DNA of 32,000 nt from Bremerella sp. P1 (GCF_028748185.1 NZ_CP118164.1:3403814-3435813); one strand, 5' to 3'; positions 8,583-17,282 are shown, numbered from the stretch's first letter. Numbers and translations are program-made. Notes: generated by a model not told the origin, from the letters alone.

Positions 8583-9218
8583 CTAGATGATGTTGATCGA
8601 CTTGCGGATCTCGGCCTGAACGATATCTACGGCCTGGGTTCCGTCGACCTCGACGACCAATTCCTTGCGGCGGAAGATTTCCAGCACCGGCTTGGTCTTC
8701 TCGTGGTATTCGGCCAGGCGATTGGCCAGAACTTCTTCGGTATCGTCTGCCCGGCGGATCAGCTTTCCGCCACAGATATCGCAGCGACCTTCGATCTTCG
8801 GACGGTGATCGATCACGTTGAAGTCGACGCCGCAGTCTTCGCACAGTCGCCGCGCGAGGACCCGCTTCTTGATCACATCGTCCGGAACCACGATGTGGAC
8901 GACGGCATCGATGTCGTAGCTTTCCAGGAAAAACGCGGCCTGATTGGCGTTGCGGGGAAAGCCGTCCAGGATGAAGCCAAAGTTCCAGTCGTGTTCCTGC
9001 AGACGACGCTGGACGATCTCCTCGACGATTTCGTCATCGACCAACTTGCCGGCGTTGAGAATACGCTTAATCTTTGCCGCTAACTTGGTGTGGTTCTTGA
9101 TGTTCCATCGCAAGATATCCCCGACACCAATGTGAGTCAGGTCGAGGTGCTGTTCTAATAGTTTGGCCTGAGTTCCTTTGCCGGAACCCTGTACGCCCAT
9201 GAACACATATTTGTGCAT
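8583..9218 (-). CDS. adk: Adenylate kinase (long form with Cys4 zinc lid)
   Basis: The P-loop reads MHKYVFMGVQGSGKGTQAKLL. GFILDGFPRN is present. The lid carries CEDCG...CDICGG. Confidence 0.92.
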   Translation of the reverse strand: MHKYVFMGVQGSGKGTQAKLLEQHLDLTHIGVGDILRWNIKNHTKLAAKIKRILNAGKLVDDEIVEEIVQRRLQEHDWNFGFILDGFPRNANQAAFFLESYDIDAVVHIVVPDDVIKKRVLARRLCEDCGVDFNVIDHRPKIEGRCDICGGKLIRRADDTEEVLANRLAEYHEKTKPVLEIFRRKELVVEVDGTQAVDIVQAEIRKSINII

Positions 9219-9431
9219 GGCGACGTCCTTGCGAAATCAATCAAGTCGTGGGGAATTTTTTATAGCAAGCCGTAGATTGTAGTGCTTTCAGAGTCTCAGC
9301 GGAATTGGCAAACGCGGGAAATATGGGGCAGACGTGCGAAGCGTGGCCAGTCGCGAAGAACGCATCGTCAAATAGGCATAGCTCAGACAAGATTCCTGGG
9401 CACCAATCCGTGGATTGCACCCAGGCTTGCG

Positions 9432-10295
9432 CTACTTGTTCACGCCAATCATCTTCATCGCATCTTCCGCCTTTTTAGCCGACTTTTCGAGGAAGTCGGG
9501 AGCGAAGTCTTTCGATTTGCCCAGGTCAGACCGGATCGATCGAAGGAAGTTCAGGGCGATGTTTTCGTTTACGGCGTGCGGAACAAGGCCGACCGCGCCG
9601 CCACCGGCATGTGTACGGAAATCGCCTTCATTTTGAAAGCGAGTTATGCCTACCTTGGCGGCCAGGTTGTGGGGCCGAAGCAAGGAGACCAGGTCATTCA
9701 TGAACGCGTTCTCCTGACGTCCACCGCCACCGTTGGTATGGCGAAGTCCCAACGGCCATGCTGGCGATGGAGAAGCCAAGGAGTAAACCCGTACGTATTT
9801 CAGCGCTGCCGAACCAAAGACACGTTCGATAAAGAACAACGCGTTCGAGGTGATCAGGTTCCCTTGGCTGTGGGCGACGATCAGCGTATTGCGCCCATAG
9901 TTATTCGCGACTTCGCGAAACAAGGTGACCGTAGCCTGATTCCAGACAAACGCACCTTTGATCGTTTCTTCGACAATCTTTTGGACTTCGTCGTTTCGAA
10001 GCGTCTTCCCTGGGACGAGTTTCCGGTTGCCAAACATTCGAGCCGTGGCATTTTGCGTGTAATCGAGTACGCATTGCCCCATGTCCAAGATTGCTCCGTT
10101 GGACAAGTTGTAAACACCGTAGACCGGGTGTTCGCAAACAATCGACAGAAGCGACGCCGTCAAGGCATGGTCTTTGGCACTGTTGCGAATTCCGTTGACG
10201 TAATACAGCCGAGGCGTATTCACCGGGATGTTCAACAAGTTGTACTTGTTGACCTCCCCATCTTTGTTCGGGACCGTAGGAATCGTAGGAGCCAT
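9432..10295 (-). CDS. Putative alpha/beta-fold serine hydrolase (lipase/esterase-like), no signal peptide
   Basis: The nucleophile-elbow pentapeptide is A-H-S-Q-G within NTLIVAHSQGNLITS. It is preceded by a beta-strand/oxyanion-like segment LYYVNGIRNS. Candidate acid and His residues follow (FMNDLVS, LVPHAVNE). The overlapping plus-strand 339-aa ORF (9282..10301) is Arg-rich and reads as a shadow frame. I did not recognise a specific family. Confidence 0.5.
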   Translation of the reverse strand: MAPTIPTVPNKDGEVNKYNLLNIPVNTPRLYYVNGIRNSAKDHALTASLLSIVCEHPVYGVYNLSNGAILDMGQCVLDYTQNATARMFGNRKLVPGKTLRNDEVQKIVEETIKGAFVWNQATVTLFREVANNYGRNTLIVAHSQGNLITSNALFFIERVFGSAALKYVRVYSLASPSPAWPLGLRHTNGGGGRQENAFMNDLVSLLRPHNLAAKVGITRFQNEGDFRTHAGGGAVGLVPHAVNENIALNFLRSIRSDLGKSKDFAPDFLEKSAKKAEDAMKMIGVNK

Positions 10296-10720
10296 CGCTA
10301 GAGTTCCTCGGGAGTTTCAATTGTGGAGAAAAGGGTGAAGTTTGCTCTTCTCTATTACCCATCATATCAGGAGCTATCGATCATTAACGAACGAATCAGT
10401 GTTTGGTTGCCCAGATTTTTTGGGAATCGGGGAAATTCGTTGTGAGGTTGTCTCCGCTGCTCAAACGAGGACCTGCCTGGCGGCAAATAACGATACCTGT
10501 TTCTAGTTCGCAATGCTTGTTTTGCGTCATATTTGTGCCGTGCTTTATGAACTGGATTACTGAGAATCGTTCAGAAAATGGGGCATTGAACTGGGGCATG
10601 GAATAATGACAGTTTTTATGATACTTGTTTTGCGACATGTGAAAGAGGAATTCACGCGGGAGATAGACTAACCTAACACTCTGAAGGCACATCCCCGTTC
10701 GCCAAGCGAGTATCCGGCCC

Positions 10721-12019
10721 ATGAGCACAGCAACCGTTCGCACTGCCAATTCTCTTTCTGCTTTCGTTGTCTTGGGATGCCTGATGGCCGTCGGATCGGT
10801 CACTCAGGCCGAGCCAATGGATACTACGCAGGGTTGGCGGTTTGATCTTGGTAAAGGGCCGGCAGCGCCAGGATACGTGCAGGTACCTGCGTCACAGCGC
10901 CTGGATGAAGAACATGACTTTGGCTTCGACCTCGATTCAAAGCCTCGCGGACTTAAGCGTTCGACGAGCGATCTTCTTCGTGGCGATTTGGTAACGAGCG
11001 ACCAACCTTTCTTTTTCTCGATGAAGCTACCGGAAGGTAACTACCAGGTGACGCTTACGCTTGGTGATCCCGAGGAAGCGACATCGACCTACGTGAAAGC
11101 AGAGTCGCGGAGGCTGATGCTCCCGAAAGTGGAAACCAAGCCGGGTGACTTCGTGCAGGCAACGTTCACGGTGAATACGCGTACACCCATGATCCTCGGC
11201 GACGACCACGTCCGTCTGAAGTCGCGCGAGCATGGCGTACTGCACTGGGACGACAAGCTGACGCTCGAGTTCAGTGGCAAGCGTCCTGCGGTGTGTGCCA
11301 TTGAAATAACCCCGAACACGGAAGCGGTGACGGTCTTTGTTCTGGGGGATTCAACAGTCGCCGACCAGCCCCAAGAGCCGTGGAACAGCTGGGGGCAGAT
11401 GCTCACACGGTTCTTGGGGCCAGGGGTGGCAGTGGCCAACCACGCCGAATCTGGCGAGTCGATTAAAAGTTCTCTCGGAGCGCGACGCGTCAAAAAGGTC
11501 CTCACCTCGCTTAAGGAAGGGGACTACGTCCTGGTGCAGTTCGGGCACAACGACATGAAGGACAAAGATCCGGATGCCTTGGCCAAGTACAAAGCAAACT
11601 TCCAGCAGTTGATCGACGATGTTCGGGCCAAGGGGGCCCATCCGGTGCTCATAACTTCGATGGCACGCAAGGCCGGCGTCGAGCGCCCCACCCTGAAAGA
11701 TTACCCCGATACCGTCCGGGCGATTGCCCAAGAGAAGGACGTTCCATTGATCGATCTGAACATGATGAGTGTCACGCTTTATAAAGCTCTCGGGGACCAG
11801 CTCGACGCGGCTTTTCAAGACGGAAGCCATCACAACGCGTTTGGCAGCTATCTGCTGGCCAACTGCGTGGCGGAAGGAATTCGCGAGAATGTCCCTGAGT
11901 TGGCCAAGCATCTGCGAGCAGATGCCACGCCGTTCGACCCGAGCAAGCCGATGTCGCCGGAGGCCTTCGATGTGCCGGCGAGTCCAAGCGTTGATCTAAC
12001 GAAGCCGGACGGCAGTTAG
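10721..12019 (+). CDS. Secreted SGNH/GDSL hydrolase, rhamnogalacturonan acetylesterase-like, with N-terminal beta-sandwich-like domain
   Basis: The signal peptide ends ...GCLMAVGSVTQAEP. SGNH block I is VFVLGDSTVAD, block II is GESIKSS, block III is LVQFGHNDMK, and block V is DGSHHNAFGS. Confidence 0.85.
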   Translation: MSTATVRTANSLSAFVVLGCLMAVGSVTQAEPMDTTQGWRFDLGKGPAAPGYVQVPASQRLDEEHDFGFDLDSKPRGLKRSTSDLLRGDLVTSDQPFFFSMKLPEGNYQVTLTLGDPEEATSTYVKAESRRLMLPKVETKPGDFVQATFTVNTRTPMILGDDHVRLKSREHGVLHWDDKLTLEFSGKRPAVCAIEITPNTEAVTVFVLGDSTVADQPQEPWNSWGQMLTRFLGPGVAVANHAESGESIKSSLGARRVKKVLTSLKEGDYVLVQFGHNDMKDKDPDALAKYKANFQQLIDDVRAKGAHPVLITSMARKAGVERPTLKDYPDTVRAIAQEKDVPLIDLNMMSVTLYKALGDQLDAAFQDGSHHNAFGSYLLANCVAEGIRENVPELAKHLRADATPFDPSKPMSPEAFDVPASPSVDLTKPDGS

Positions 12020-12020
12020 C

Positions 12021-13121
12021 CTACCGGCCAAAGTGCTGCTTGAGAAACGTCAGTGTTTTGTTGTTCGACCACACATGACCTCCCTCGAAGAAATCGGTGT
12101 CGACGTTTTCCGGCTGCCCGAGGACCTCGTAAACCTTCTTAAGACGTGCGTATTCCTTCCGCGCACCGTCGATCGGGAAGATGGGATCGTCGATACCATT
12201 GATCAGCAAGACCGGTCGCGGCGCGTATAGCCCGACCACATCCGCCATCTCTCCTTCTCGCATGATTCCTGGCAGGGTGTTGCAGATGCAGTGATGAATG
12301 GCATAGATGGACTGGCGGTATTCAGAGAAGGCTCCCGCGATCATGACCAGTTTCACTCGCTCGTCCAGAATCGGCAGGTACATGGTCAACGTGCCACCGC
12401 CAGACAGGCCACACGCTCCGATTCGCTCGGCATCGACTTCGTCTTGCGTCTGCAGGAAGTCGATCACTCGCATCGCATCCCAGCAGCGAATGCCTTGTGG
12501 CGTCATGCCCATCAGAAAGGCATTCATCGAGGTTTCGTAGCAACTTCGCGGCGGAGACTTCACGCCTGGGTCTTGTCGCCCCACCGTTTCATTCCAACCG
12601 CGTACGACGATCGCCGCCGTGATGTAGCCGTGCTCGGCCATGTAAACCGCATAGTCGAGGGCACTGTCGTCAGTCTTCTTCTTTTGAGCCGGCGTTTCGT
12701 TCAGGCGGATGTACGGATCGATACCACTATGTCCATGCAGGCAGACAATCGCCGGCGTTTTTCCCTGAAGCTCGTGCGGGACGAAGTAATAGACCGGTGC
12801 CCAATAGTTCCGCTCGGTATGCACGTAAATCTTATGCCGCGTGAACTTCTCGAACTTCTCCTCTTCGGTCCATTTTACTTCCAGCGGAACGGCTTCCGGC
12901 ATCTCGCCTAAGAGGTCAACCACGGTGGCGTGCATCTTCTTCCTCCACGCTTCATGCTGCTCGGGAGTCGTCGCGTTATATAGCTGGGCGGGAATTACCT
13001 GGTGGCCGAGAAGCTCGAAGCTGTGGGAAACGTTGTTGTCTTTAGGAAATTCCTGGGCTGTAGCGATTGAGGAAGAAAGCGCAATTGCACAGAGGAGCGT
13101 GGCGATGCGAAACGCGTTCAT
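12021..13121 (-). CDS. Secreted alpha/beta hydrolase (acetylxylan-esterase / dienelactone-hydrolase-like)
   Basis: The signal peptide is MNAFRIATLLCAIALSSSIATAQE. Other features are AIVCLHGHSG, the nucleophile elbow GACGLSGGG, and a C-terminal GGHVW candidate catalytic His. Confidence 0.75.
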   Translation of the reverse strand: MNAFRIATLLCAIALSSSIATAQEFPKDNNVSHSFELLGHQVIPAQLYNATTPEQHEAWRKKMHATVVDLLGEMPEAVPLEVKWTEEEKFEKFTRHKIYVHTERNYWAPVYYFVPHELQGKTPAIVCLHGHSGIDPYIRLNETPAQKKKTDDSALDYAVYMAEHGYITAAIVVRGWNETVGRQDPGVKSPPRSCYETSMNAFLMGMTPQGIRCWDAMRVIDFLQTQDEVDAERIGACGLSGGGTLTMYLPILDERVKLVMIAGAFSEYRQSIYAIHHCICNTLPGIMREGEMADVVGLYAPRPVLLINGIDDPIFPIDGARKEYARLKKVYEVLGQPENVDTDFFEGGHVWSNNKTLTFLKQHFGR

Positions 13122-13213
13122 AGGTAGGATCTCTGGCGGGAACAGGGAGGGATCGTTCGATACTAACTTGCCAGACTTCGCTGGTGATTGAAAGTGTTAT
13201 TCAATTGCACCAA

Positions 13214-13245
13214 CAAAAAAATGCCCACGCGCTAGACGTGGGCAT
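13214..13245 (-). terminator. Rho-independent terminator of the PhoH2 gene
   Basis: The minus strand reads aatgcccacg-tctagc-gcgtgggcat followed by ttttttgttg. That is a 9-10 bp GC-rich stem and a U-tract, 30 nt after the stop at 13276. Confidence 0.8.
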
Positions 13246-13275
13246 TCGAGTGAACTTCGTGATTCGTAGACCGCA

Positions 13276-14619
13276 CTACAGCAGTTCGCTGGCGATGTCT
13301 GCCAGTTCCGAACGTTCGCCTTTCTCAAGCGAGATGTGAGCGTACAGGTCTTGCCCTTTCATGCGGTTGATCATGTACGACAAACCGTTGGACAAACTAT
13401 CCAGGTATGGATGGTCGATCTGGTTGATGTCGCCGGTGAAGACGATCTTGGTCCCCTCGCCTGCCCGGGTGATGATGGTCTTCACCTCGTGTGGGGTCAG
13501 GTTCTGGGCTTCGTCGACAATCATGTACATCCGCTGCAAGCTACGTCCGCGAATGTAGGCCAGCGGCGTAATGACCAGCTTTTCCTGCTCCAGCATACGG
13601 TTGATACGCTGGGCTTCTTTGTCGGTATCGTTGAACTGATGCCGGATCACTGAGAGGTTGTCGAACAGCGGCTGCATGTACGGATCCATCTTCGCCGAAA
13701 TATCGCCAGGCAAATAACCCAGGTCTCGGTTGGAAAGAGGAACGACCGGCCGAGCCAACAAGATCTGGCGATACGCCGATGAGCAAGCCAAGGCCGACGA
13801 AAGCGCGAGCAGTGTCTTACCGGTACCGGCCTTGCCGGCCAGGGTGACCAGCTTGATGTTGTCATCCATCAATGCCTTGATGGCGAACACCTGCTCAGCG
13901 TTGCGCGGCTTGATGCCGTACGGGCTGTACTTCTCGATTCGCCGCAGGACTTGTTCTTCGTGGTTGAAGGTCGCCAGAACCGACTTCGATCCGTTTCGCA
14001 GGACGAAGTTTTCGTTAGCGATCGGATCGCTCACTTCGGGAAAATCTTCCAGGTGAACGTTGCCAGAGTCCTGGTAGAAACGATCGATTTGTTCGGTCGT
14101 GATGTTCTCGAGGGTTCGGCGACCCGAGTAGAGGCTGTCGAAACTCTCGATCTTGTCGTTGATATAGTCTTGTGCCTGAAGGCCAAGGCTCTTAGCTTTC
14201 ATCCGCAGATTCACGTCCTTGGTGATCAGGATCACACGCCGATCGTTGACGTAACGTTGCAGATGGAGGGCCGTGTTCAGAATACGATTATCAGGCGAGT
14301 CGTGGAGAAAAACCTGATGGAGGCGAGCGTCTAATTCGTTGGTGATGATGACTCGGAGGCGGCCTTGTTCTTCGCCTAATGTGGCCCCTTCTTCAGAGAG
14401 TAGATCGCCGGTCATTTGGTCGATCTGGCGAAGAAACTCGCGGGCCTGGAAATTGATGTCCTCGTTGCCTTTTTTGAAGCGATCCAACTCCTCGAGGACG
14501 GTGATGGGCAAGGCCACATCGTGCTCCTCAAAATTTTGGAACGATCTTGCATCGTGCAAGATAACGTTGGTGTCGAGAACGAAAAGCTTCAACTGCGTCT
14601 GCACCGACTGACTAATCAT
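13276..14619 (-). CDS. PhoH2-type protein: N-terminal PIN domain fused to PhoH-like ATPase
   Basis: The PIN signature is [13 protein letters not shown]...[12 protein letters not shown]. The PhoH part has Walker [11 protein letters not shown], Walker [13 protein letters not shown], and FTGDINQID. Confidence 0.9.
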   Translation of the reverse strand: MISQSVQTQLKLFVLDTNVILHDARSFQNFEEHDVALPITVLEELDRFKKGNEDINFQAREFLRQIDQMTGDLLSEEGATLGEEQGRLRVIITNELDARLHQVFLHDSPDNRILNTALHLQRYVNDRRVILITKDVNLRMKAKSLGLQAQDYINDKIESFDSLYSGRRTLENITTEQIDRFYQDSGNVHLEDFPEVSDPIANENFVLRNGSKSVLATFNHEEQVLRRIEKYSPYGIKPRNAEQVFAIKALMDDNIKLVTLAGKAGTGKTLLALSSALACSSAYRQILLARPVVPLSNRDLGYLPGDISAKMDPYMQPLFDNLSVIRHQFNDTDKEAQRINRMLEQEKLVITPLAYIRGRSLQRMYMIVDEAQNLTPHEVKTIITRAGEGTKIVFTGDINQIDHPYLDSLSNGLSYMINRMKGQDLYAHISLEKGERSELADIASELL

Positions 14620-14695
14620 GCGTTCTCCGTTTGCACGGGACCATGGGCACGCGAGAGTGAAATGCCGAGTCGAAGGGCAACTGTGCGTCCCTTGT

Positions 14696-14728
14696 GGTCA
14701 CAATCCATTGCTTAGCTGGATTGTGACC
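14696..14728. repeat. Perfect 12-bp inverted repeat with a 9-nt spacer in the divergent intergenic region
   Basis: The arms are ggtcacaatcca (14696-14707) and tggattgtgacc (14717-14728), separated by ttgcttagc. No U-tract follows on either strand, so this is not a terminator. It lies 77 nt upstream of the PhoH2 start. Confidence 0.6.
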
Positions 14729-15124
14729 GAGGTGCCATCCTGGGAAAAGCCCGCTTTTTCCATGTCGTAACATTTTCAGGAAAATAGGCGAACTGCAGGA
14801 AATGGCCCCTCTGAGTATCTTCCGTGCGTTAATTGATTATACCGTATCGGACATATCCCTGTTTCTCAGGTTCGTCTCGTTTTAGCACTTAGACCTTTTG
14901 CACCAGTGACGTAACGTCTACTTACGAGAAACTTTGCGGAACCTTCGCCAGAATTTTGCCTCTCCGGAAAGTCTACCCAGGTGGACAGCGCAAAGATCGA
15001 AAAACTCCGGTCTTTGAGTTGCCGCCTATTGGGGGCAATGCCTACAATCGAGCAATACATGGAAGCGGTTTCGCGGATGGTTGCGAGATCCAAGTCGTGC
15101 ACCTTTTGAGACGAAAGGTTCTCA

Positions 15125-16639
15125 ATGGATTATGCGTCGATTCTGGCTCGTTACATCGGCAGGGAAGTTTATGTATCGACATTTGGCCACGTTCGCTTAC
15201 GTGGAGAATTGGTCGCAGTTTACGAAGACTGCGTCCGTCTAATTAATGCCTCGACTTCGCAAGAGTCTGAGGATGCCCCTTGGTCTAGTTCGGTGACGGA
15301 CTTTGGTGATGATGGACCCCAAACGGACGGCTCGGAAGCCCTGGTCCACTTTCATCACATTGTCGCGATCCGCTGTGCGGATGACGAATTGCTAGATGTT
15401 CCGGTGCTGCCGGAATTCAGTGCAGAGTCGTCTGAACCGATGGTCGAGAATGACACCACCACAGCCCAAGGGAGCACGCAGGAACCTTGGGAAGCGTTCC
15501 TCGAAGTGGATCGTTTAACCCTGGAATTGGGGCAAAAACTGGTCAAACTCGTGCATCCCGAGTCAACGGACATCATGCAGCGGACCTCTGCGATTCGCTG
15601 TCATTTGGCCGATTCGTTGGGGATGGTGATTCCGAGATTGCGCCTGCGTGATTCGCTTGATTTAGGGGATCAGGAATACCGAATCCTCATCGATCAATAC
15701 GAGGTCGCTCGCGGCCGACTGGGCCCTGGACAGTATCTGGCCCTCGACATGGGAACCTCCAGCGGAACGTTGCAAGGCGTCCGCGGGATCGATCCTACGT
15801 TTGGTGGACCAGGTATCTGGATCAAGTCCGATCAGCAGCAAGAGGCCGAGCAACTTGGCTATCTGGTTATCGATCCTTCGATGCTGGTGATTACGCATCT
15901 GCAGGAAACCTTGCGGCGACATGCCCACGAGATTCTGACGCTGGGCGACGTTCGTGAAATGCTCGAACGGCTGCGGGATCGCTCGCCGGGCGAGTTCGAC
16001 GAGATTCGCTCGAGCCCGATGACAGTGTCCATGTTGCACGCAGTTTTACGGCGATTATTAGAAGAAGGGGAGTCGATCAAGAACTTCTCGCGAATCGTCG
16101 AGATTCTGGCCCTGCACGGACACCGCAATCAAGACATTGAATCGCTGGTCGCGATGGTCCGCGTCCGACTCGGACGACAGTTAGTCCAGCGCTATATCGA
16201 TTCGGATGGGAAAGTCCATGCGATCGGTCTCGACCGAGAGTTGGAAGCTCCCCTACTGCAGATGAGCGACGAAGACGCTGGTCGGCACGTACGCGGCTGG
16301 ATGGAACGTCTTGTCGACGTATTGCGTGAAGCGTTCAATCGGCTCGACGAACAACAGCGACCGGTCGCGGTTATCGTTTCGTCCGATCTGCGGAATCGCT
16401 TGTGGCAAATCCTTTCGCCTCACTTCCCGCAGGTTACTGTCCTGAGCCTGGCGGAGATTCCGCGGGGGACCGACATCTACTGGCAGGTGATCATTTCGCC
16501 GGAAGAGGTCGGAGCCTTGGAAACGGCCGTCAAACGCCCACAGCACCCGGCGGTCGCGAAGGACACCACCTATCGTCCGAGCAAGAGCAAGATGTCCGAG
16601 CACATGGCGGAAGAATTGCCCCCGCGTCGGCCACGTTAA
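15125..16639 (+). CDS. Soluble FlhA/SctV (FHIPEP) cytoplasmic-domain homologue with Sm-like N-terminal domain; lacks the transmembrane export-gate domain
   Basis: Residues from about 130 to 480 are collinear with FlhA-C as I recall it. Matching segments are IRCHLADSLGMVIPRLRLRDSLDLGDQEYRILIDQYEVARG, IDPTFGGPGIWI, VIDPSMLVITHL, LHAVLRRLLEEGESIKNFSRIVEIL, VRVRLGRQL and PQVTVLSLAEIP. Residues 1-84 have an Sm-like strand pattern. The protein contains no hydrophobic helix. Confidence 0.75.
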   Translation: MDYASILARYIGREVYVSTFGHVRLRGELVAVYEDCVRLINASTSQESEDAPWSSSVTDFGDDGPQTDGSEALVHFHHIVAIRCADDELLDVPVLPEFSAESSEPMVENDTTTAQGSTQEPWEAFLEVDRLTLELGQKLVKLVHPESTDIMQRTSAIRCHLADSLGMVIPRLRLRDSLDLGDQEYRILIDQYEVARGRLGPGQYLALDMGTSSGTLQGVRGIDPTFGGPGIWIKSDQQQEAEQLGYLVIDPSMLVITHLQETLRRHAHEILTLGDVREMLERLRDRSPGEFDEIRSSPMTVSMLHAVLRRLLEEGESIKNFSRIVEILALHGHRNQDIESLVAMVRVRLGRQLVQRYIDSDGKVHAIGLDRELEAPLLQMSDEDAGRHVRGWMERLVDVLREAFNRLDEQQRPVAVIVSSDLRNRLWQILSPHFPQVTVLSLAEIPRGTDIYWQVIISPEEVGALETAVKRPQHPAVAKDTTYRPSKSKMSEHMAEELPPRRPR

Positions 16640-16660
16640 CGCAGCGAAGTAAACTTCAAG

Positions 16661-16703
16661 AGATGGCTACCGCCGGCTTCGGCGGTGGCCATCTTTCGTT
16701 TCT
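16661..16703 (+). terminator. Rho-independent terminator after the FlhA-C-like gene
   Basis: The hairpin is agatggctaccgccg-gctt-cggcggtggccatct, a 15-bp stem with one G-U pair. It is followed by ttcgtttctt and lies 22 nt after the stop codon. Confidence 0.8.
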
Positions 16704-16712
16704 TGACGCCCG

Positions 16713-17231
16713 CTAGTCTTCCAGTGCCTTACGTTCCTTCGGGTCAGGTACGACGTACGAGTCGACGATTTCCGATCTGCCCGGCGAGCTAGTGTAGGTG
16801 TGCGTTTCGCCATCCACGGTGGTCGTGGCCTGGATGTGGAACTTCGACTTGGCCCAGTTCAGGAAGCGTTTCTTCATCCATTCGCGGCAGGGCGGAATGA
16901 GCAAAGCGAAACCCAGCCCGTCGGTCAGCAGTCCTGGCGTCATCAAGAGAGCACCGGCCGCGAAGATCATCGCGGCGTCAGCCATCGCGCTGCCGGGCAT
17001 CTGTCCGGTCGCTAGCTGCGATTGAATCTTCTGCCAGGTCGAAAAACCTTGGCTGCGTGCCAGAAGCGTTCCCAGGATGCCAGTGAACAGCACGATGCCC
17101 AGCGTCACCAACCACCCTTCGTACTGGGCCAGCCACAGCAGCAAGGTGAGTTCCAGCAAGGGAACGGTGACGAAGAGAGCGAGTAGTATAGCAAAAACTT
17201 GAATGGTTCTAATCCGTGTTGAAAGGAGCAA
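16713..17231 (-). CDS. fxsA: FxsA family inner-membrane protein
   Basis: The segments PLLELTLLLWLAQYEGWLVTLGIVLFTGILGTLLARSQG and LLMTPGLLTDGLGFALLIPPCR match the FxsA pattern as recalled from E. coli FxsA. The start is a TTG taken from the ORF track and is uncertain. Confidence 0.8.
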   Translation of the reverse strand: MLLSTRIRTIQVFAILLALFVTVPLLELTLLLWLAQYEGWLVTLGIVLFTGILGTLLARSQGFSTWQKIQSQLATGQMPGSAMADAAMIFAAGALLMTPGLLTDGLGFALLIPPCREWMKKRFLNWAKSKFHIQATTTVDGETHTYTSSPGRSEIVDSYVVPDPKERKALED

Positions 17232-17282
17232 ATCGCCTACGGGAATGATAACACGCAGTTATTCGTCGCCAATCGCGGAAGC

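Noticed and set aside
9375-9425. A tRNA-like TAGCTCAGA string followed by an imperfect hairpin (cctggg…cccagg) downstream of the lipase-like gene.
   Set aside because: No acceptor stem, anticodon arm or T-arm GTTCRA can be built. The hairpin has internal mismatches and lacks a U-tract, so it is at best a weak terminator.
9282-10301. A 339-aa plus-strand ORF overlapping the lipase-like gene.
   Set aside because: It is very Arg-rich (…RRAKRGQSRRTHRQ…, …RDRRNRRSHR) and low in information. The minus-strand frame has natural composition and a GxSxG nucleophile elbow.
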